Source: Sminthopsis crassicaudata (taxonomy: Eukaryota). From it: a stretch of DNA of 64,000 bases. The stretch's first letter is position 1; each line of letters starts with the position of its first letter. Under the pieces are notes generated by a model. The model was not told the DNA's origin, ran no database searches, and saw nothing but the letters and a program-made list of their open reading frames with translations. Both the position numbers and the translations under genes were made by a program. The stretch is taken from assembly GCF_048593235.1 (NCBI RefSeq), contig NC_133621.1, positions 91,193,148-91,257,147 of the forward strand, given 5' to 3'. Shown here piece after piece: positions 37,466 through 50,791 of the stretch.

Positions 37466-39899
37466 CATTCCTAGCTCAATATGATATAAAAACAAGTTGC
37501 AGACAGATTTGATCTACGGCATAGTTTTACAGGGTTACGGTGTAAAGCATTTCCTATAGAAAACGTTTCGTAGAAAAAGCTAAGGATTTGGACTGGACAC
37601 TTTCATTCAAATTCCTCCTCTGCTGTTAACTATCCAGCCCATGGAATCTAATGCCAATCCCTTCATTTCTTCAGGTCTCTGTTTTCTCATCTGCAAAAGA
37701 AGGAAGTTACCCTCAGTGATTTCTCTAATCCCTTTTACTTTTAAATCTTACAATTACCCTGGCAGGACTGGCTTTATAACCAAGTACTTAGTGACTATTT
37801 GTTTCTCTACCAGATGGTAACATTCCTTACTAACAAGTAGAGCAAAGACATTCTTCACATACTCAACCCAGCTGTCCCTATGATTTCTGCTATCTACAAC
37901 TCTCTTTTTTCCTACTGGGTCATAACTCTCCCTAAAACAAAAGCACCATGAAAAGAGTGTTGGCAGCTAGGTTGCACAATGGATAAAGTGCTGGGCAAGA
38001 AGTGAGTTCAAATTCAGACTTAGCCACTTTTTGTAGCTTAAGGCAATTCACTTAATTTCTATTTGCCTCAGTTTCCTCAATTACAAAATGAAGACTAATT
38101 ACAGTACCTATCTTTTATAAGTATTACCTTTTATAATGTGCCTGGCACATTGTAGGCACTATTTAAATACCTATTTTCTTCTCTTTTCTCTTTCTGGGAC
38201 TTTATGTCACTTGGCAAGTCACTTCAGCCCTATAAGGTTTCAGTTTTCTCATCTGTAAACTGGGGATAAAATGTGTCCTACCCTACATTTTGTAAAGCAA
38301 AGAACTTTGTAAACTTTAAAGTGCTATATACATTGATTTATTATATTACCTTGTCCCTCTTATCTCTTCACACTTTCTAAGATAATGTAGCCCAACAGGA
38401 ATCCCTTCCTCTTGACTCCTCTAGACACATTTATTCTGGTTTCCACTTTCCCAGACCCAACTCACTCAACATGTTCCAGATTCTCTTCTGGGGCCCCTTT
38501 CCTTCCTTTTATATGTCCAATCCATCCCTTCTGTCTTTTCTGACTGCCAAATGCTAAATTCTCAAATCCTGGGGGCAGGGAATGGGGGCAGAGGTAAATC
38601 TCAAAAGAGAGAGGCTATATTGTCTGCAGAAAGACCACAAAATTCTAGACCTAATGTTCCTTAGCTGTATGACCTTGGTTTCATTTCTTGACAATAAAAC
38701 TAACCTCCTACCTCACTCACAGTGATAACATTAAAACCAGCTAAGAATAGAAAAGCAGAAATTAAAAGCATTATACACATCCATAATTCTTATCAGCACT
38801 ATTATGATCCTGCCGTCCTGCCCTGTAAGAACTGTACTGTGAGATCTTGAAGGGAGGTTAAGTTATTTACCCTCATGGAAGAGGCCTTCCATTCCCAGAA
38901 ATCCCCGGGGAACTATTTTCAAATTGTTACTGAGTCAACTACTTTAACCTCTTCATTCCTTGCCCATTTGGAAGTCTCCCGGCATGCCAGCCCTTAGCTC
39001 CAAACGCAGATCCTGGAATTATCTATCTCTTTTTAGATTGTCTCCTGCCCTAGTTTAATAACTGACTTCCCTAGTTTAATTAGCCCTTGGGCATAAAGAA
39101 GTGTTTTTCTCCTTCTCTTCTAGGAAGGCAAGGGATGCCCACTCCCAAAGGCAGAACAAACACTGACATCCCCCTTCCTACGTTTTTACCTGAAGGTAAA
39201 GGGGCAAGTTCCTCCCCATACACACCTGCATCATAATTTGTACTCCCATCATCTCATATTCTATCTCCCGAGAACTTGCACAAACACATTTTCACTTTTA
39301 TAAAGAAGAATCATTGCTTCCTGCCCTTTTGAAAGATAACTGTGATTGATGCCAGAAGCAACTTGTAAGAAAACCTGGGCTTTGATGCTAGTGTGGGGCA
39401 AGACTAGAAGAACAAGAATTTAAATATAACCAAATGACAGAATTGCACTACATTTTTTTTTTATTTCCAAGGCAAAGAAAAGAGGCTGAAAATTTTTATT
39501 TCAAAACAATTTTATAATAAAAAATGTGCATTAATTGACATCTTTTTCTAAAGGTTCTTCAAGCTTGAGTTTCCTCCTCAGCATTAGAGCATCAGAAATT
39601 ACCTTCCGAGGGCGAGGGATGGACTCAGGGAGCGGAACGAGATGGGCATTTTTAACTGGAATTTGTTTTGAATGACTAGGAGCACTTGTTACAAAGATTT
39701 TTGTGGGAGTTTTTCTTTTTCTTTAACGGGGCAGGAGGACGTGGGAAGAAAAGATATTTTTCTTAAAAAAAAAATTGCTTTAAAAAAGTCTATTCCAGCC
39801 GCATTAAAATTAGACGGGAATCTAAGTTCCGAGGTGCTCTATGGCATATAAGTTTTTGTTTATTTGTTTTAGGCCAACACAAGAAAACAGGGAAGAAGG

Positions 39900-41250
39900 G
39901 GCGCCAGTATCTCCCCCTCGGTGGCAAAAGGGCTTGTCCGCGGCCTCCCGGGCAGTAAGAACAGAAATGAGAACTGAGTCTGCGCAGACCTTTTCCCATT
40001 CCACCAGTGCGTAAGGCCGGAGGTCTCGAACATCCCAAAGTCCCGGTGCAGTCAGTGCGCCACCGGAAAGAGCTCTGGGGAGGGAAGACCAAAACAAAAA
40101 CGCTCTTCCCCAGACGCAGTCCCGAAAGCGCAGCCTCCAGAAACCAGGGCCCGCTCTCCGCCCACTTTCTTCTCACGTTCTGCTAGTACTGCCCCCTAAG
40201 CCCGCCCCCCCCCCCCCCCCCCCCGCCTCTGCTCGGGCTGGACCTCCCCCGATCCTGCCCTGAGGGCCTGGCCATCCTCTCCGGGAGACCTTTCAGAGTC
40301 CCCTCAGGCGCTCCCGCAGAGGAGGACGTCTGCCCGGGTAGAGAAGGGGTTTAGTGCAGGAGCTGGGGGAGACCGTCCTCCCTACCACGTGGACAGGGAG
40401 GACAGGACTGGAGCTGCGCGTCCATCCCCGCCCCAGCCCCCTCCTCCACGTCCTTCCCGGATCCCCTCGGGTGTCACTGGCAGGCTGGAAATAAGATCGA
40501 GAGCGGAAGGATTCCACCGCTCAAGTGAACACGAAGCCACTCCCGGGCCGGGCTGAAGAGTGGGCGGGAAGGATCGGCGGGCGGCGCTGATTGGCAGGAG
40601 GGCGGAGCGGCCCAGGCCGCCGCGCAGCTACTGGCGCTCCCTCTCAGGTGGCCAGAACAGCCCCATGGGAGAAGACCAGAGAGCAAATCCTCTTTGTTCT
40701 CAAACGCCGATGGCCCCCGGCAAGCTAGTCTGGGGGAGGAGGGGGAGGGGCGAGGTGGGGACTCGCGGCTCGGGCTTTAACCCCCTCGATGCCCCGGGCA
40801 AAACAGTCATTTTTAAAAATGGAGGGAAGAGAGGGTGTGCTGAAAGGAAGCCGCGGGCATCTTCCGGGGGCCTTCAGCCTGGAATCCCCTCCTCTAACCC
40901 AGCGTCACCTTTAGATACCCGCTGCATCCCAGTCGTCGGGCCTTGTGCGCGGCCACCCTAGGCCAGACCGCGTGGTCCGGTACCGCTCCACGCTTAATGG
41001 CATTCTCTCAGCCAAGCGTCCCGCCTCCCGCCGCTCACCATCCCACGGGACTGGGTCCCAAGTGGCGCCCCGCCCCGCCCCCGGAACAAAACCGCGAAGC
41101 GTCGGCGGGCACGCGAGGCTCCGGAAGAAGGCCTCGGGTCCCTCGAGGTTCCCTTCTCCCATTTTTTGGTTTCTCACTCCCCACAGCCCGAGGTCAGGTT
41201 AGTGGTGGAGCCCAGTCACCACCTACTCCGTAGCACAGTTAATCTCAATT
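39900..41250. promoter_or_regulatory. CpG island between REPIN1 and ZNF775 (probable distal ZNF775 promoter or lncRNA promoter)
   Basis: CpG-dense. ATTGG at 40590-40594 flanked by GGGCGG boxes, CCACGTGG at 40385-40392, poly(C) at about 40205-40224, minus-strand donors at 41039, 40386 and 39603. Confidence 0.75.
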
Positions 41251-42789
41251 GTATTCCCACGTTATAGACTAAGACCCTGGACAGAAAGGTCTACGCTAGG
41301 AAACGAAGGCCCAGAGACATTAAGCAGTTTGTCCAAGCTCAACCAGTTTAGAGCCTCTGTGCTCCAAGGCCTCTGCGCTTCCCCATCGTATTAAGGCTGT
41401 TACTAGGCAAGAGTTCCCGAGTGACTTTTGAGAAAGCCTAAATTTACTCTTAAAGTGAATGTATGGGGAGGAAGGGGAAGCAAAAGTTCGGGGCATGGAG
41501 TGCCAGGCGTGGAGAGGGCATTTACACCTTCTCCTTTCTTGTTAGTGGTTTTTCTGTCCTTCCCGTGCCATCAGGGAGACGTTGATATTGAGGTACTGTG
41601 ATTCTGTGGTCCCCTGATTTTAGGGGGAGACTTCTATCCAAACAGTAAGTCACTAAATCCTAAATCTTGTTTTGGAGCCTGTGTCAGGAAACTCCCAGCT
41701 TCAATCTGTCTGATTCTGAATGGACCACTCCTCAAATCAACTGATGATCTGGGCAGGGATAACTAAATTCCGGAGACAGCTCCTCAGGATCACAGAATTA
41801 GCATGTCAGTGATGGAAAGCTGGATAAATGTGTCTCTCTGCTTGTTTGTTAATTTAGTTTGGAATCGAACCAGCTTTGTAATGGCGGTACAATTACAGTA
41901 ATTACAATAATTACAATAAACTTTGCTCCTTGACTAGGAAATGGGTGCAGGCCTGCAAATCCTTGAGACACCTTACCCCAAACTTCAACACTATGACCTG
42001 CAAGCGAATTGGATGGAAGTGAGGGAGGGCTGTGCAAGGTCACCTGCCTCACTTTCCCTTCCAGAATTTTCTGGGTCCAAGATCAGATATAGATCAGGAT
42101 GACTGCAGATGGCCTGGATGCAATGGGAGACTTTGGGCAATGTATTTAAAACTGCAAAACCATTTTTTTTAAAAAGACTCTGATCACGGTTTTTATATCA
42201 CAACCTTAAATGCAATTAATCTGAGATTTCATTAATTTGTTCAAAATGTATATTGACATTGTCAAAGTTTTAAAAATAAGTAATGTTGAAGGGTATGACA
42301 GAAATGCTTTCTTGATTCGCAAATTAAGTGTTAACTTTCTCCACATTCTAAAAGATGAAGAGAAACAGGGCAAAAAAGAACGTATGATTTTTGATTTGAA
42401 AAACTGTTAAGGAGGCAGTCAGACAATATCTATTCACAGGACCACAGGATTTAGATCTATAAGGGACCTTACTCGTTTAAATTAGTCTTATCATTTTATA
42501 AATGAGAAAATTGGGGCACAGATGTCTTATTATTAATTAGCAAAAAAATAATTTAAGGTGGTCTATTGATTCCTGGGGCAGAGAATGGTATAACAGAAAA
42601 GGCATTAGATCTATTGTTTATTAGAGCCTACCATTAATTAGTTTTACACAGTTCTAATATTCTAGAATCTTTATCATCCCAACCTAATACCATCCATCCC
42701 TTACCCTGTGCCCTCTAAAATTCCCATTCCTTTTATCCACTAGCTCTTACAGAAACCAGGCTTTCTTCTGATGTCATAGCCCCCTTGGC

Positions 42790-44250
42790 CACTCTTTCCA
42801 ATACTGGCTGAACCTTCAATTATTCTCCTCAGCTTCCTAACCAAGGCCGAGGAGTTGAAATATTCCTTGCTTTTCAGTGCCCTTTTTCAGGTTCTCCTCC
42901 ACCAGTCAACAACCTCCTTTCCTTTTAGGTTCATGTCATTCATGTCTACCATCCAATCAGAATGCTAGTAGCTTTTGTCTACAGACTACCAGGACAGTCT
43001 CCTTCCTTCTTCAATGAATTGGATGTGTAATTTATAATTTTCCTTTCCTCCCCAACTCCTGTTCTCATACTAGGGGGGTTTCAACAAACATATTAATCTC
43101 AAATACCCTAACCACTCAGTTTTTAAATCTACTCATCTCCCATGAGCTATTCCTCTACCCTATCTCAGCCACACACAAAGATTATATCCTTAATCTTGCT
43201 ATCACCCACAAATGTACAAACTCCTTGTTCAAAAGAATTCAAAAATCCCCTGGCAATCTTAATCTGTTGGCCTTTCACTTTTCCCTCTGTCATCTCTTAC
43301 ACAGTCCTACTCTTCACACATATTATAACTTCTAATTCCTTGATCACTCAATTCTCTCCCATATCTCTTCTGCATTAGCCACTCTTTTCCAATGAAGCAA
43401 TTCATTTCTACACTGTCCTTCTCTCTTAAATCCCTAAGCCTACTTACCACATCACTGATGACATCAAGCCAAGTCTCAAGTCTTGGATGGCCCCCATTTG
43501 TTGCCTTTGTTCCTATTCATGAGCAGCTAAACAAAGGTGGAGAAAACCACAAAATCATTCTGACTAGGTCCACTGCAAATTCATGTTAAACAGGGCCCTC
43601 ACTGCTGCTAGGCAATCTTATTCCCTAACAATTCACTATTCTATTTTCTACTTCTCACCCCGCCCCCCAATATATAAACTTGCTGCTAAAACCTGTTGAT
43701 TTCACCTTTGCATTATTTTTCAAATACGTCCTCTTTCTCTCCTCTATCACTGCCAAGACCTAGTGTAGGCCCTCAGAACCTCATCTTCATTATTGCAATA
43801 GCCTGCTGGTGGGTCAGTCTGCTTCAAGTCTCTCTACCCATTCTATTCCAGTCTAAGTCAAGTCACTAAAATGTTTTCGATCAAGGACAGATGCTATCAT
43901 ATTACATCCCCCCCCACATACACACACAAACTCTAGGGATCTCCTATTGTCTTCAGGAACAAATACAAAATGCTGTTTGGTATCAAAGTCCTTCATAACC
44001 TAGCCCACTCCTATCTTTCTAGTCTTTTTATTTCCCAGTACATTTTTCTTCAATTTTCTTAATACTAGTTTCCTGTTCCATAAGCCTTTTTATTTCTAAT
44101 ACCTTTCCTCTTTTACTTATTTCCTATTTATCCCACATATAGTTTTTCTTGATATTTGTTTCCTCTATTAAGAGTAGGGACTCCCTTTTTACTCTTTTTG
44201 TATCCCCAAGGCTTAGCACAGTGCTTGGCACATAGCTGGTGCTTACTGAG
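42790..44250 (+). mobile_element. L2 fragment including 3' end
   Basis: L2 ORF-like C-rich sequence ending in ttttgtatccccaaggcttagcacagtgcttggcacatag. Confidence 0.7.
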
Positions 44251-45317
44251 TCTCAGTGGAAGCAGTAGGAGTTGGTGCCCTTCATATCTCCCAAGCCACT
44301 CTATTAGGCCCGTCTCCTCCTCTATACACAAGCAGGGTAGTTTCCAAAATACTCTGTAGTTAGAGCTGGTATACAAAGGTTCTCTGAAACTTCTTTATCC
44401 ATCCCTGGCCTGCCTTCTTTTATGCCATCTGGCACATGATAGACACAAAAGTGTGGACTGATTCCAAATATGTTCTGCCACTGGAGGTCACTCTGGGACT
44501 GTTCTGTTTTATTTCAGACACAGAGAAACTAGAGCACAGATTAGGATAAGAACCCAGGCTCCTAGGAAAATACTAGAATTCCCTAGATTCAAATTGTTCT
44601 CACCGAGAACATGGTGTTTTCATACTGAAGCAGATTGGCCTCCACCAAATAGACCGATTCCCTACTACAATGATCAAAATTCATTCCTTCTTTCCCCAAG
44701 TTCTTCAGGACCTTATTCTTTGGTAATATGACTGTGTGCTATTCTAATTAATTCCTCCTAAGAAAGGTTTGGATGTACTGGGAAGCAGTGGGAGATCTCA
44801 GGAGAGCCTTAGGTCAATGAACCAAATAGGCAAGTTGCTTACAAATGTGGAAACAAGTAAGCAACTATTACTGAACTTGTAACTGATTGTATTATTTTCC
44901 AAAACTTTGGTGTACTTTTTGTGCCCAAGAGCTCAAAATGTTTAGACACACAGAGAACCCGATGTACAAGACAGTACACAAAACAAAGACACCCAGGAAA
45001 AAGCACTCAAGTAACCTGAGTCCAATCAGTTTACCAAGCCGAGATCCATTTCTTGTTCTCTCATATATCAATACCTCTGTAATCGAAGTATAAAGGCAAG
45101 TCTAATATTAGAGAGGTTCAAGTTCATCCTTTCATATTCTGTCCATATGGAGTTCAAAGGGAGAATTGGTAGGGTACTGTTTTTGTTCTTGATAGTGTGA
45201 GAAATTTCACAACACAACTTTTATGGAAATGTTTTGCATAATTTCACATGTGGTTTCCACTGGGTTTGGGGCTGAGGTTAAGGGAGAGAATCTGGAACTC
45301 AAAAGTTTTTAAAACAA

Positions 45318-45348
<31 letters not shown>

Positions 45349-46189
45349 GTTTAAAATGTAACTGGGGGAAAGTAGTAAACATTTTATTTATTTATTTATT
45401 TTAAAGGTAAGGAGGATAAAATGCCCACTATCTACCTCGGAAGGATGTAGAAAAAAGTATTTGATAAACCTTAAATGCTACAGGACAGAGCTATCAACAC
45501 TACTTCTAGAAGGAAACATTTCCATTTTAAGAGGAGATCTTAACTCAAAGGACTCACTTCATTAATTTATCCAACACATTTATTATGTTGTCTTTGCTGA
45601 GGGGGGAATACAGAATTAACAGACAGTCTCTGCCCTTCAGGACTTCACAATCTAATGGGGAATTGGTGGGGAAGCAAAACTAGCACTAACCCGAGTCCTA
45701 GACTAGACTCTGCCACAAACTAGCTGTGTGACCCTGGATATAGCTTCCCACTTCTCTGAACCTCAGCACCCTCATCTGCAAAATGAGGGGGTTGGACTAG
45801 TTAATTCAACTGAACAAACATTTTGTAAGCACCTCCTATGTGAACTATTCTAAGTTTTAGGAAGAGAGACAAAACACAGACCCTGCTCGTAAGGAGCATA
45901 CAATCTAACGGGAACAGACAGGTACAGAAATAACAATGATGCAACAGGAAAGTGAGATTAAATGTAAAGTCCATAAAAAAAAAATGGAAGAAAGACCACA
46001 TTCACCTAGAGGATGGAGGGTGAAGGAAGGTTGGGGAGATGAAACCTGACTTAGGTGTTCAAGGAAGGGATTTTATAATAGAGGTGAAGGGGTGGGAAGG
46101 GAAACATATTTCCAAATTCCAAAAATGGAAGACAGCATGAGGAACAGAGATGGGTGGGGACAAGATGAAAATGGGGAAGAGCAAAACCC

Positions 46190-46960
46190 AGCTTACCTCA
46201 AGTAAAGAATGTTATAAGAAATATGCTAGAAAAGAAGGATGGAAACAGATTATGGAATATCTCAAATGCTAGGATCAAGAGTTTCTACTTTCCTTATTAA
46301 TAAGAAACCACTGATGATTTTTGAGAAATGACATGATCAAAGCAGTGCATTAAAAGATTTGTTTAAGCAGCAAGGAGGGGATAATTTGGAAGCATAAAGA
46401 TGAAATAGATTATTACAATAGCTTAGACAATGAAAAGAGACCCTAAACTATAACTGGTGAGATCATACAGGTAGAATTATCAGTACTAGATTTAGGGAGA
46501 GAAGTTTCAGAAAAATGGCAAGTAGTATGCATAAGTAATTGAAAGAATGGTGGTTATAGCAAAAAGAGGATGTGAGAAAAGCAGGTTTTGTAGATTATAG
46601 GATGAGCCCAGTTTTGGATAGACTGATTTTACTGTGTTAGTAGAACACATAGATTGGAGATTCACAGTGAGCAGTTGGAACTATGAAGCTAGAGCTCTAG
46701 GGAAGAGTCAATTTCCCATGAAGATTGGAATGAGAAAGCAATGAAGAAGAAAAGGACAGGATATTAATAGGGAAGTTATCCAGTTTGACCAGAAAAGATG
46801 TGGCAGTTACCTGCATAGACGTGATAGCTGAAGCTATGGGATCAGAAAATATCTCTCCCCCCCCCAAAAAAAAGAAGAGGGTTAAGTGTTTTGAGGGACA
46901 CATGATTAAGGGGTAAGATGAAGAAACAAAAAGAGAAATGGATTAAGGATCTATCAGAAG
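46190..46960 (-). mobile_element. L2 fragment (antisense)
   Basis: Purine-rich antisense L2 motifs (gacatgatcaaagcagtg, gatgagcccagttttgga, gatagctgaagctatggga). Confidence 0.6.
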
Positions 46961-49024
46961 TAAAATAATAAAATGCAAACAGAATGGAAGCCAAAATAGA
47001 GGATATCAAGTATGATGGCCCAGGGGAACCATATTATCAAATACTAGTTATCTAAATATTCCAGTTCTAATATTATCTAAGCTCATGAATCTGAGGCATA
47101 TACACAAATAACTAAATATAAAGGAGTATTACTTGTAATATTGGGAATTAAATCTCCCATGGAAGGCAGAAGAAACATTTAAAGAGGTCCTATCCACTTA
47201 TTGGACCTCATTTACATACATGTATGTATGCATGTATGTTCATTTGTGTATATGAATTGACACCAAAGGAGAATTAGCCCAATACTGGCAACCAAGTGTG
47301 GGACAATTGATATTATCTAGAAATATCTTCCCTACTAAAGTCACTTTTTGATCACCATCTAGGACACAGGCTGATAAAGAGCAAAATCTGGGTCTAACTA
47401 AAGTCTGCAGCCCTTATAACATCTTAATCACACTGATGATGCTGATAGTGTCTAGACAAAACTGAATTTAGGGAACCCACATTTGGATTTTGACTGTCAC
47501 TATCTGTGTGACCTTAAATAGGCCTATGGGCCTCATTTTCTTATATATAAAATGCCAGGATTGGACTAAATAACATCTAAACTATTCTCTTCTGGCTCTA
47601 AATCTGTGATCCTAAAATAGTGGCAAAGTAAGCAATAAAGATGATTCTGCCTTCCCTAGTTTGACCTATAGGAAGACCCACAGCAAAAGAATAGGAAGAT
47701 AAAGCTCCCTGGAGATCTAGGTTCTTATCCCAATTCTATTTGTTTGCCAGAGTCCTGAATGGCTTCAGTTTGCCCTCCTAGAAAATTATCACAACCCCTA
47801 GGGCTGAAGTCGATGCATTTTTTAGAAATTCCCAGGCATAAGAAACTGTTAAAAGCCTAGTGCACTCTGGAACTCCTAAAGCAGGGGACCCCATTCTCCT
47901 TCACTCATCACTCTAAGTCCCATTGATGCTTACTTTCTTGTCTGAGTTACCTCTACACACATTTCCCTTGGAAAACAGCCTTCTCAGATGCCAACTTTTG
48001 CAATTCAACAAAGGAAGAGAATATGTTGTAGCCCTAACTGGAAATCTGTCTTATTCACTGGGACTTGAGGGAACCAGACTTACTTTGTATGGCTTGATTC
48101 CAGAGGACAGAACTAGAACTAATGGGTAGAATATAAGGAAATGCCTTTTCACTTAATGTAAAAAAGAAATTTCCAACAATTAGATATTCAGCAACAGAAT
48201 GAACTACCTTCAAAGGATTCTCCATTCCCATCACTGGAAGTGTTTAAACAGAGGCTGGTTTGTTAAATATATGAGATGAGATAAATTCCTCTATTAGATG
48301 CAAACTGGATGAATTCAAAGATCCATTTCAACAAGTTAAGATCTCTTCCATGCCTATCCCATTCCTCTGTGTCTGTCTGTCTCTGCAGTACAGTAATGAA
48401 AGCTAGAAGAGTTAAAAGAAACTAGGGATTTAGACAAAGTCTTGATCTGGGAGGGAAGGCAAAAAAAGATGATGTGTTAAGAATTCAAAGCTGAAACTAG
48501 TTATGGGTAGAGAAGTTACATATACATTAAAAAAAAAAAAAAAAAGTGAAGGAAAGGGATAGATTTGAGCTGGGAGGCAGAAGAGGGTAGGTGGGAAAGG
48601 AAGCGTGAAGGGGACCAAAGAAATCAAATGCTGCCAAAAACTGACATCACTAGGGCATTTCCTTCCCTGGACATGTCTAAATAAATCCAAATGCTGCCTA
48701 ACATATTGGAGATCTCTGCTTATGTCCCAGATGTTCTCATTTTCTCCAGCTGCTGATGCATCTTCTTTTCAAATACTTCTTCCCCAAGGGGCAAGAAGAG
48801 AAGAACTTCCAGGGAGGTGGAAACAGCCTGGGGTATCTGAAAACTTCTAACAGACGTGCTGGGGCAAGGATACTGAGTCCTTTCTCCTGGGTCCTGACCA
48901 GCTTCCAAGAGAAGCCTCCCATTGCTTACCCCATTACCATCACTAACATCCTCCATCATGACACCTTTGTTTACTCCTCAAAGTTTATCTCCTCTTTTGT
49001 CTTTGCTCTCCCACTCCTACTAGG

Positions 49025-50791
49025 TCAGGCCACATGCTTCCTCTGATGAGTCAGGAGCTTTTGCTCATGACTGAAGCTCTCACCACAGGTGGCACAGATG
49101 AATGGCCCTTCTCGACCATGGCTCTTGCGGTGTGTGATCAGGTTGGATTTCTGACTGAAGCGCCTCTCACAATCAGGGCAAGCATAAGGTCGCTCACCTG
49201 TATGGATGCGCCGGTGGGACACAAGATTAGATTTCTGGCTGAAGGCCTTGCCACAGTCAGGACAGGCATAGGGCCTCTCACCTGTGTGGATGCGGCGATG
49301 GGCTGCCAAGTAGGGCTTGTGCCTAAAAGACTTGCCACAGTCGGGGCAAATGAAGGGCCGCTCTGGGGCATGATCACGACGGTGGGCTGCCAGGTGACTT
49401 CCTTGTGAGAAACGGCGCCCACATTCCAGGCAGGCAAAGGGCCGCTCACCTGAGTGGATACGGATGTGGGCCACCAAATGGGTTTTCTTACTAAAGTTCT
49501 TTCCACATTCACTGCATATGAAAGGACGTTCTCCAGGATGAAGTTGCTGTTGACCACGCAAAGACTTTCGGTTCCGAAACGTGCGTCCACACTCATCATA
49601 GTTATAAGGGACAGCAGGATCCACTTCCTGGTCCTGCTGGGGATCCAAGACCTGGTCCTGCTGGGAGTCCATTTGGCCTTGCTGAACATCTGTGGACTGA
49701 TCCTGTTGGGATTCTATGGGCTGTTCCTGCTGAAGGTTCATGGCCTGAATTTGCTGATGATCTACAACCTGGTCCTGTTGAGGGTCTGTGATTTGATCTT
49801 GTTGAGTCTCCAAGAGTTGAGATGGAAGCTGGAAACTCCCTTGACTACTGGTGGCCTCCACAGAACCCTGAGGGCGCCGGTGAATCTTGCCATGAGACAA
49901 AAGGTTGGGTTTGTGCCGGAAGCGGCGCCCACATTCAGTGCATGGGTAAGGCTTCTCACCAGTATGAATTCGCCGGTGGGAAGTTAAGTAGGGCTTATTA
50001 GTGAAACGTTTTCCACACTCAGGGCACTGGTGGGGACGTTCACCAGTATGTACACGGCGGTGAGCAATCAGATTAGGCTTGTGACGGAAACATTTGCCAC
50101 ACCAGGCACACTGGAAAGGTCGGTCAGCAGCATCACCGCCTGGCTGAGCAGCAGTAAGTGCTGGGCGGCCCCGGGGCCGCGGTGCAAGGGCTTTTTCTGA
50201 TGCTTGTGCTTCAGCCACGTGTATCTGCTTGTGGGCAACTAGCTCAGCCCACTGTGCAAAACTCTGACCACAGCCACTGCAGATGAAACGGCGAGGTGGT
50301 GGAGCAGGTGGGTGGTTCTGTCGCAAGTGTGCGCGCAGCTGGGAGGCTCGGCTGAAACGTTTCTCACACTTGGGGCAGGCGACTGCCCGGGCAGATGAGG
50401 CATGAACCTGGCCATGAAGTGCGAGGGCTGCCCAGCTCCTGAAACTCTGCCCACAGACTTGGCAGAGGAAACCTGTAGCAGGTGGTATGGCTGTGGCAGC
50501 AGAGTGAGCCAGCCGGTGTAAAGCCAAGAAAGGAGCATGGTGAAATCGACGGCCACACTCAGGGCAAGGTAAGGGTGGACGGCCATGATGCCGACGAGTA
50601 TGATGTCGCAAGGCTGCCCATCCAGGGAAATGTCTCCCACAGCGGGCACAGCGGTAGGCACTACCCTGGAATAGGCTTCCATGACTAGCTGCCACATTAC
50701 CTTCTAATTTAATCCTACGCGGATCCTGATCTGACCCTTGGAGCGACTCCCGAAAGGATCCAGAGAAAAGCCGAGGCCGAGTTGGACCCAT
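49025..50791 (-). CDS. REPIN1: REPIN1 (RIP60) main coding exon, 588 aa from first ATG; 15 finger positions, finger 9 degenerate
   Basis: Diagnostic peptides: [63 protein letters not shown]. Acceptor ctttctccccAG|CAG| at 50838/50835; stop TGA at 49025. Confidence 0.97.
   Translation of the reverse strand: MGPTRPRLFSGSFRESLQGSDQDPRRIKLEGNVAASHGSLFQGSAYRCARCGRHFPGWAALRHHTRRHHGRPPLPCPECGRRFHHAPFLALHRLAHSAATAIPPATGFLCQVCGQSFRSWAALALHGQVHASSARAVACPKCEKRFSRASQLRAHLRQNHPPAPPPRRFICSGCGQSFAQWAELVAHKQIHVAEAQASEKALAPRPRGRPALTAAQPGGDAADRPFQCAWCGKCFRHKPNLIAHRRVHTGERPHQCPECGKRFTNKPYLTSHRRIHTGEKPYPCTECGRRFRHKPNLLSHGKIHRRPQGSVEATSSQGSFQLPSQLLETQQDQITDPQQDQVVDHQQIQAMNLQQEQPIESQQDQSTDVQQGQMDSQQDQVLDPQQDQEVDPAVPYNYDECGRTFRNRKSLRGQQQLHPGERPFICSECGKNFSKKTHLVAHIRIHSGERPFACLECGRRFSQGSHLAAHRRDHAPERPFICPDCGKSFRHKPYLAAHRRIHTGERPYACPDCGKAFSQKSNLVSHRRIHTGERPYACPDCERRFSQKSNLITHRKSHGREGPFICATCGESFSHEQKLLTHQRKHVA
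49616..49804 (-). repeat. REPIN1: Coding tandem repeat, about 8 x 24 nt (QQDQxxDP) inside REPIN1
   Basis: [63 protein letters not shown]. Confidence 0.9.

Noticed and set aside
49034-50697. Long antisense and alternative-frame ORFs over REPIN1
   Set aside because: Shadow ORFs of a C2H2 array.
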